Assembly (NCBI GenBank): GCA_938041035.1
Contig: CALHYX010000050.1
Location: 5,512-69,511 of the forward strand
Length of the DNA: 64,000 nt
Source: an uncultured Acidimicrobiales bacterium
GTDB taxonomy: Bacteria > Actinomycetota > Acidimicrobiia > Acidimicrobiales > SHLQ01
Reading direction: 5' to 3'
A model generated the notes under the pieces. That model saw only the letters and a program-made list of their open reading frames with translations. It was not told the origin of the DNA and did not search any database. Position 1 is the first letter of the stretch; the number at the start of each line of letters is the position of its first letter. Positions 58,824-64,000 of this stretch are shown piece by piece. The position numbers were made by a program, and so were the translations under genes.

Positions 58824-60359
58824 ATGAAACAGATGACGGCGCTCGATGCCAGCTTTTTGCATCTCGAGTCACCGCGCACGCCGATGCACATCGGCGCGCT
58901 GCAGATCTATGACCAGTCGACCGCCGAGGGCGGGTTCGTCACCTTCAAGAACATTCTGGCGGTGATCGAAAACCGGCTGTCCATGGCGCCGTCCTTCCGG
59001 CACCGGGCCATCAACGTGCCCCTCCAGCTCGACTATCCGTACTGGATCAACGACCCGGATTTCGATCTCGAATACCACGTGCGCCACATCGCGCTCCCCA
59101 AGCCCGGCGACTGGCGCCAGCTCTGCATTCAGGTCGCTCGGCTGCATTCCCGACCCTTGGATCTCGATCGACCGCTCTGGGAGTTCACGGTCATCGAGGG
59201 GCTCGACAACGTACCCGGCATCCCCAAGGGCAGCTTCGCCATCGCGAGCAAAGTGCACCACGCGGCGATCGACGGAGTGTCGGGCGCCGAGATCGCCGAG
59301 GCGATCCACGACATCTCCCCGGAGATCGTCGAGGTCCCCGAACGCGAACGCTGGAAGCCCGAACCGGTGCCGACTCCCGCCGAGCTCCTCGCCCGCGCCG
59401 GGTTCAACAACGTGCGCCAGCCGTTGCGGTTGCCGGCGCTGCTCAGCCAAACGGTCCCGGCCGTTCGCCGTCTGCGCGACGATGACCTCAACCTGCCGAC
59501 CCGACCCGGCGACGTGCCCCGCACCCGTTTCAACGGCAAGGTCTCGCCCCACCGCGTCTTCGAGGGGCGATCGTTCGAGCTCGACCGGATCAAGCAGATC
59601 AAGGCATCCGTACCGGGTGCGACGGTGAACGATGCCGTGTTGACGATTTGCGGGGGTGCCATCCGTCGTTACCTCGACGCCCACGGCGAGCTGCCGGAGA
59701 GCAGCCTCGTCGCCATGGCGCCGGTGTCGGTGCGCTCGGAGAAGCAAAAGGGCACGGCCGGAAACCAGGTGGCGACCATGTCGGTGGCGCTGCGAACCGA
59801 CATCGTCGATCCGGCCGAACGGCTCGCCGCGGTCCACGAAACCAGCAAGGACGCCAAGGAACTGACGAACGCGGTCGGCGCCAACCTGTTGACCGACTAC
59901 ACCCAGTTCCTGCCCTCGGCGACGATGGCGATGGCCACCCGGCTCTACGGTCGGCTCGGTGAGCGCATCGCTCCCATCTTCAACTGCGTCGTCACCAACG
60001 TTCCCGGCCCCCAGTTCCCGCTGTATCAGACCGGCTCGCAGATGGTCTCGTACTTCGGGTACGGACCGATCGTCGACGGCCTGGGGCTGTTCATGCCGGT
60101 GCTGTCCTACGACGGCAAGCTGACGATCTCGGTCACCTCGTGTCGAGAGATGATGCCCGACCCCGGGTTTTTCTCCCAGTGCATTCAGGACACCTTCGAC
60201 GAGCTGTACGCCTCGACGGTCACCGCTCCGGCCGCCAGGAAGGCGAAGCCACGAAAGCAACCGGCCGCCAGGAAGACCAGGAAGCGCGCCGCTTCGAAGA
60301 AGAAATCAGCGCCCAAGAAAAAGGCAGCGCCCAAGAAGCAGGCAGCGCCCAAGAGCTAG
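58824..60359 (+). CDS. Wax ester synthase / diacylglycerol acyltransferase (WS/DGAT) with a Lys/Ala/Pro-rich basic C-terminal tail
   Basis: Has the active-site motif HHAAIDGVSG. The C-terminal ~44 aa read ARKAKPRKQPAARKTRKRAASKKKSAPKKKAAPKKQAAPKS. Confidence 0.88.
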   Translation: MKQMTALDASFLHLESPRTPMHIGALQIYDQSTAEGGFVTFKNILAVIENRLSMAPSFRHRAINVPLQLDYPYWINDPDFDLEYHVRHIALPKPGDWRQLCIQVARLHSRPLDLDRPLWEFTVIEGLDNVPGIPKGSFAIASKVHHAAIDGVSGAEIAEAIHDISPEIVEVPERERWKPEPVPTPAELLARAGFNNVRQPLRLPALLSQTVPAVRRLRDDDLNLPTRPGDVPRTRFNGKVSPHRVFEGRSFELDRIKQIKASVPGATVNDAVLTICGGAIRRYLDAHGELPESSLVAMAPVSVRSEKQKGTAGNQVATMSVALRTDIVDPAERLAAVHETSKDAKELTNAVGANLLTDYTQFLPSATMAMATRLYGRLGERIAPIFNCVVTNVPGPQFPLYQTGSQMVSYFGYGPIVDGLGLFMPVLSYDGKLTISVTSCREMMPDPGFFSQCIQDTFDELYASTVTAPAARKAKPRKQPAARKTRKRAASKKKSAPKKKAAPKKQAAPKS

Positions 60360-60429
60360 CCCCGGGTGGCCGGCAACGGGTTGGCGCGGCGTGACTGGGG
60401 GCGTTGAGGTTGGTGAGGCGCCGGCCGGT

Positions 60430-61089
60430 TCAGAGGTGCTTGAGCGCTTCGCGACGCGTCAGCCCGGACAGCCGATCCTGGTTCCCGGTGACGAAGGCCC
60501 GGACCGAATCGGGTTCGCGGCGGGCATAGTCCCGGAGCGACCAGCCGATGGCTTTGCGGGTGAAGAACTCCGTGTCCCCCGAACGCCGCAGGGCGTACTC
60601 GAACAGCCGCTCCTCATCGACCTCGGCGCCGTAGTTGAGCTGATGCAAAATGGCGGACCGGACGAGCCAGATGTTGTCGTCGTCGATCCAGCGGTCCATC
60701 GCCTCGACGTGCTCCGGGTGCCTGGTGACCAACCCGCCCACGACGTGACACGCGAGCAGGTCGACCGTGTCCCACCAGGAGTCGGTAACCAGGTAGCGGC
60801 GCACATCATCGAGCGAATCGGCGTCGAGGTGCGATCCGTAACGGCGTAGGTAGTCCATGGCCACGTACCGGTACTCGCGATACGGCTCCGCCCACAGCGA
60901 GTCGGCGACGGCGATCGCCTCCGCGGCGTCCGCCGGCCGATGGGCGCGCACGATGGGCATCGCTGCGGCGCGAAGCGGCTTGGCCCGGATGCCGAGGAAG
61001 TCGAAGTGATCCCTCAGGTAGGCGGCCATGGCGACCGCCTGGGCCGGGTCGGCCAAGGGGGTGATGGCGGCGCGAACCTCCGCCAGCAC
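60430..61089 (-). CDS. DNA alkylation repair protein (AlkD-like HEAT-repeat family)
   Basis: 219 aa with helical-repeat sequence (DSWWDTVD, NIWLVRSAILHQL). The family assignment is from memory of PF08713-like sequences. Confidence 0.7.
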   Translation of the reverse strand: MLAEVRAAITPLADPAQAVAMAAYLRDHFDFLGIRAKPLRAAAMPIVRAHRPADAAEAIAVADSLWAEPYREYRYVAMDYLRRYGSHLDADSLDDVRRYLVTDSWWDTVDLLACHVVGGLVTRHPEHVEAMDRWIDDDNIWLVRSAILHQLNYGAEVDEERLFEYALRRSGDTEFFTRKAIGWSLRDYARREPDSVRAFVTGNQDRLSGLTRREALKHL

Positions 61090-61091
61090 CG

Positions 61092-62828
61092 TTAGTTGCC
61101 TCGCACCAGCCGCCCCGGGCGAGCGCCGGTGTCGACACCATCGCGCCGGGTGATTTCCCCGGAAACGATGGTGTAGTCGTACCCCGAGGCGTGCTGGAGC
61201 AGCCGCCGGCCGCCGGCCGGCAGGTCGTGGGCCAGATGCGGCGCGTGCAGTTGCAGATTCTCGTAGTCGATCACGTTGAAGTCGGCCTTCTTACCCACCT
61301 CGACGGTGCCCCGGTCGGTCAGGCCGAACAGGTTGGCGGTGTCGTGGCTCTGCTTCTTCACGATCCACTCGAGTGAGAGCTTCTCGCCTCGGGTGCGATC
61401 GCGGGTCCAGTGCGTGAGCATCGAGGTCGGAAGCGACGCGTCGCAGATCATGCCGCAGTGGGCGCCACCATCGGAAAGCCCGGACACGCCCTGGGGGTGG
61501 GTCAGCATCTCCCGGGTGGCGTCGCCGTTGTCGTAGCTGTAGTTGAACAGCGGCACCATCATCATCGCCCGACCGTCCTCGACGAGCAGCTGGTCGTAGA
61601 AGACCTCCCACAGGTCCTCACCTCGCTGCTCGGCGAGCGCGGTCATCGACTTGTCGGCGGCCGGCTCGTAGTCGGGCGGGTTGCCGAGCTGGAAGACGCG
61701 GTCGGGCTTCATGGCCAACAGCAGGTGCACCGAGTCGAACTGGATGGTCGGGTCCGGAGCCAGGTCGTCCTCACCGAGGATCGCGGCGCGCACCGAGGGC
61801 TTGCGCAGTTCGGCCACCTGTTCGTCGAGGCTCAGATGCTTGATGGCCATGTAGCTCGGCCGCTTGGCGAACGGGTGAAAGGTCTGGAGCCCGGCGAGCA
61901 GCCCGAAGGGTCGCCCGGCAATCTGGGGAAACACCGCGGCACCGCGGTCGACCGCGTTCAGCGATTCGTCCATCAGCTCGCGCCACATGTCCGGTTTGGC
62001 GTCGACCTGGGTGAGCGCAAAGGTGACCTTCTGGTCGAACTCGGCCGAGAGCCGACACATCCACTCCATTTCCTTCGGTGGGGCGATCAGGTCGAGTCCG
62101 GCCGCCCCCGCCGGGGCCAGCTCAAAGACCCCGCCACCGCCGGCACGCAAACCGCGCCCGAGGGCAAAGAGCTCGTCTTCGGCGGCAAAGGTGCCGGGTA
62201 CCGGTTCGCCGTCGATCGCCTTGTGACCAAGCGTGCGCGAAGTACTCACACCGAGCGCTCCGGCCTCGATGGCCTCCTGCACGATCGCTTCCATCGCGGC
62301 GATGTCCTCCGGGGTCGCCGGCTCGTTCTTGGCCCCCCGCTCCCCCATCACATACCCGCGGATCGCGCCGTGGGCGACCTGGGTACCGACGTCGATCGAC
62401 AGTTCGCGTTGGCCCACGACGTCGAGGTACTCCGGGAAGGTCTCCCACCCCCAGCTGATGCCCTCGGACAGCGCGGCGCCGGGTATGTCCTCGACTCCCT
62501 CCATCAGCTGAATCAGCCATTCTTCCTGGCCGGGCTGCACGGGAGCGAAGCCCACACCGCAGTTCCCCATCACCACCGTGGTCACCCCGTGGCCCGACGA
62601 CGGACTCAATTCGTCGTCCCAGGTGACCTGCCCGTCGTAGTGGGTGTGAATGTCGACGAAGCCGGGCGTGACGACGCGTCCGGTGGCGTCCACCTCGGTG
62701 TGCGCCTGGCCTTCGAGATCGGGCCCGATGGCGACGATCGTGCCGTCGGCCACGGCGACGTCGGCGGTGCGACGTTCGGCACCGGTTCCGTCGACGAGCG
62801 TTCCGTTTCGAATGATGAGGTCGTACAT
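61092..62828 (-). CDS. N-acyl-D-amino-acid deacylase (D-aminoacylase; amidohydrolase superfamily)
   Basis: The sequence reads MYDLIIRNGTLVDGTG...PGFVDIHTHYD. 578 aa. Confidence 0.88.
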   Translation of the reverse strand: MYDLIIRNGTLVDGTGAERRTADVAVADGTIVAIGPDLEGQAHTEVDATGRVVTPGFVDIHTHYDGQVTWDDELSPSSGHGVTTVVMGNCGVGFAPVQPGQEEWLIQLMEGVEDIPGAALSEGISWGWETFPEYLDVVGQRELSIDVGTQVAHGAIRGYVMGERGAKNEPATPEDIAAMEAIVQEAIEAGALGVSTSRTLGHKAIDGEPVPGTFAAEDELFALGRGLRAGGGGVFELAPAGAAGLDLIAPPKEMEWMCRLSAEFDQKVTFALTQVDAKPDMWRELMDESLNAVDRGAAVFPQIAGRPFGLLAGLQTFHPFAKRPSYMAIKHLSLDEQVAELRKPSVRAAILGEDDLAPDPTIQFDSVHLLLAMKPDRVFQLGNPPDYEPAADKSMTALAEQRGEDLWEVFYDQLLVEDGRAMMMVPLFNYSYDNGDATREMLTHPQGVSGLSDGGAHCGMICDASLPTSMLTHWTRDRTRGEKLSLEWIVKKQSHDTANLFGLTDRGTVEVGKKADFNVIDYENLQLHAPHLAHDLPAGGRRLLQHASGYDYTIVSGEITRRDGVDTGARPGRLVRGN

Positions 62829-62920
62829 GGGTCCCCCTGATGTCGGTGGTTTGATCGTAGCGCCGAGCGTCGCCCCGACACGAAATACCGCGGGCCGTCA
62901 ACCGGGGGCCGACGTCGCCA

Positions 62921-62942
62921 CTTCACCAAATGTTCACCTGGC
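62921..62942 (+). promoter_or_regulatory. PHO-box-like pair of 11-nt direct repeat units (CTTCACCAAAT GTTCACCTGGC)
   Basis: Two TTCACC cores spaced exactly 11 nt apart, about 95 nt upstream of the PstC-like ORF. It matches the actinobacterial PhoP GTTCACC direct-repeat consensus. Confidence 0.45.
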
Positions 62943-63035
62943 CGAAGAGCCCCGGTAACCCGGCGACACGCTGCGTCTCGATTGCGCCACCTACATTCGC
63001 CCTATGAGCCGCCGACTACCGGTCCACGCCCCGCA

Positions 63036-64000
63036 GTGATCGCTTCCCTCCCCGCCCCGAAGTTCAGCACGCCGACGACCCCGGCCCGAGCCATGGCCTT
63101 CCTCGCCGAGGGGTTCGCCTACCTCGTCATCACGCTGCTGGTCGCCATCGTCGAGTTCTATGTCAGCGGCCCCCTGACCGACTTCGCCCTCTCCAACTGG
63201 TGGATCGGCCTCGCCATCATGGCGATCTGGAACGTGGTCACCTGGCCCCGGGCCCAGACACCGACCGGTTCGCTCCTCGACCAGTTCATCGCCGACGCGG
63301 ACACCGGCGAAGGAGCCGGTTTCGCTCGGGTGGCGCTGCGGCAGGTCGTCAGATTCGGCGTCCTTTACGCCCTACCGATCATCGCCATCGACTGGTTCGC
63401 CCTCCGCGGGCGAATCGCCTTTCTGAGCATCGCCGTGGCCACCGGGTTGTTGCTTCGCTACGTCACGGCCGGGCGGGCGCCGTGGGACCTGTTGGCAAAC
63501 ACGGTCGTCACCGACAGTCTGGAAGGCGACGAGGTCACCGGGGTGGTCCCGACATCGCCGGCCGATCTCCAACTACAGGGCGAGCGGGTCAAGGAGAACC
63601 GCCGAGCGGGACGCCTCATGTTGTTCGCCGCTCTCATGTCGGTGGTGATCTCCGCCCTGATCGTGTGGAACATCTTCTCCGAGGCCTTCGAGTTCATCGC
63701 CGCCGAGGAGTTCTCCTGGGCCTCGCTGCGCGAGATCGGATGGTTCCCGCGGCGCGGGCTGTTCGATCTCTCCACCCTCTTCGTCGGCACGCTGTGGACG
63801 GTGGTGATCGCCATGGCGGTCGCCGGCCCGATCGGTCTCGGCGTGGCCTTCTACCTGTCGGAGTACGCGAGCGCCCGACTGCAGCGCATCGTGAAGCCGA
63901 TCATCGAGATGCTGGCCAGCATCCCCTCGGTCGTGCTGGGCTTCTTTGCCATCAGTTTCATCAGCCCCGACGTGCTGAAGCGGTTCTTCTTTCCCGAGAT
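63036..64000 (+). CDS. pstC: Phosphate ABC transporter permease (PstC-like) with a ~170-aa N-terminal membrane extension (RDD-like?). Truncated by the right window edge.
   Basis: The frame is open from 62841 to the window end, so it is not in the ORF track. Hand translation ends ...LFVGTLWTVVIAMAVAGPIGLGVAFYLSEYASARLQRIVKPIIEMLASIPSVVLGFFAISF, a PstC/PstA-type EAA-region sequence. The start is uncertain (TTG 62982, GTG 63036 or ATG 63093). Confidence 0.65.
   Translation, partial: MIASLPAPKFSTPTTPARAMAFLAEGFAYLVITLLVAIVEFYVSGPLTDFALSNWWIGLAIMAIWNVVTWPRAQTPTGSLLDQFIADADTGEGAGFARVALRQVVRFGVLYALPIIAIDWFALRGRIAFLSIAVATGLLLRYVTAGRAPWDLLANTVVTDSLEGDEVTGVVPTSPADLQLQGERVKENRRAGRLMLFAALMSVVISALIVWNIFSEAFEFIAAEEFSWASLREIGWFPRRGLFDLSTLFVGTLWTVVIAMAVAGPIGLGVAFYLSEYASARLQRIVKPIIEMLASIPSVVLGFFAISFISPDVLKRFFFPE

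Overview
This is a high-GC (judged by eye, not computed), GC3-rich, densely coding chromosomal segment with actinobacterial-type genes. An Acidimicrobiia-like marine lineage is a guess only. I found no rRNA, tRNA, CRISPR array, transposase or integrase.

Gene content, left to right:
- 1-17.2 kb: a large myo-inositol catabolism locus (iolB/C/D/E/G, an aldolase, extra dehydrogenases and a CUT2-type ABC importer) with a divergent LacI regulator and a perfect 14-bp palindromic operator.
- 17.9-20.7 kb: a TetR / di-iron oxygenase / crotonase module.
- 20.8-28.7 kb: adenosine kinase, pepN, a metallophosphoesterase, and a ferredoxin / ferredoxin reductase / YhhN operon.
- 28.9-34.1 kb: three tandem secreted beta-roll (GGxGxD) proteins, the first fused to an M10 metalloprotease.
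- 34.2-42.7 kb: a sulfotransferase, leuA with a Leu-rich leader ORF, an alcohol dehydrogenase (ADH) followed by a stand-alone PEP-utilizer swivel domain, hypothetical proteins, a GNAT and an F420-type LLM oxidoreductase.
- 42.7-48.3 kb: a co-directional set of acyl-CoA ligase, ArsC-like gene, Rieske oxygenase and molybdopterin oxidoreductase.
- 48.5-62.8 kb: lipid-metabolism genes, an orphan PII gene, WS/DGAT and a D-aminoacylase.
- 62.9-64.0 kb: a PHO-box-like repeat upstream of a PstC-like permease with a long N-terminal extension.

The most interesting signal is an in-frame TGA at exactly the catalytic-Cys position of a full-length ArsC-family arsenate reductase. A SECIS-like hairpin follows it. 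Together these mark a candidate selenoprotein that the ORF track truncates. Many long ORFs in the track are antisense or GC-driven artefacts and were rejected.
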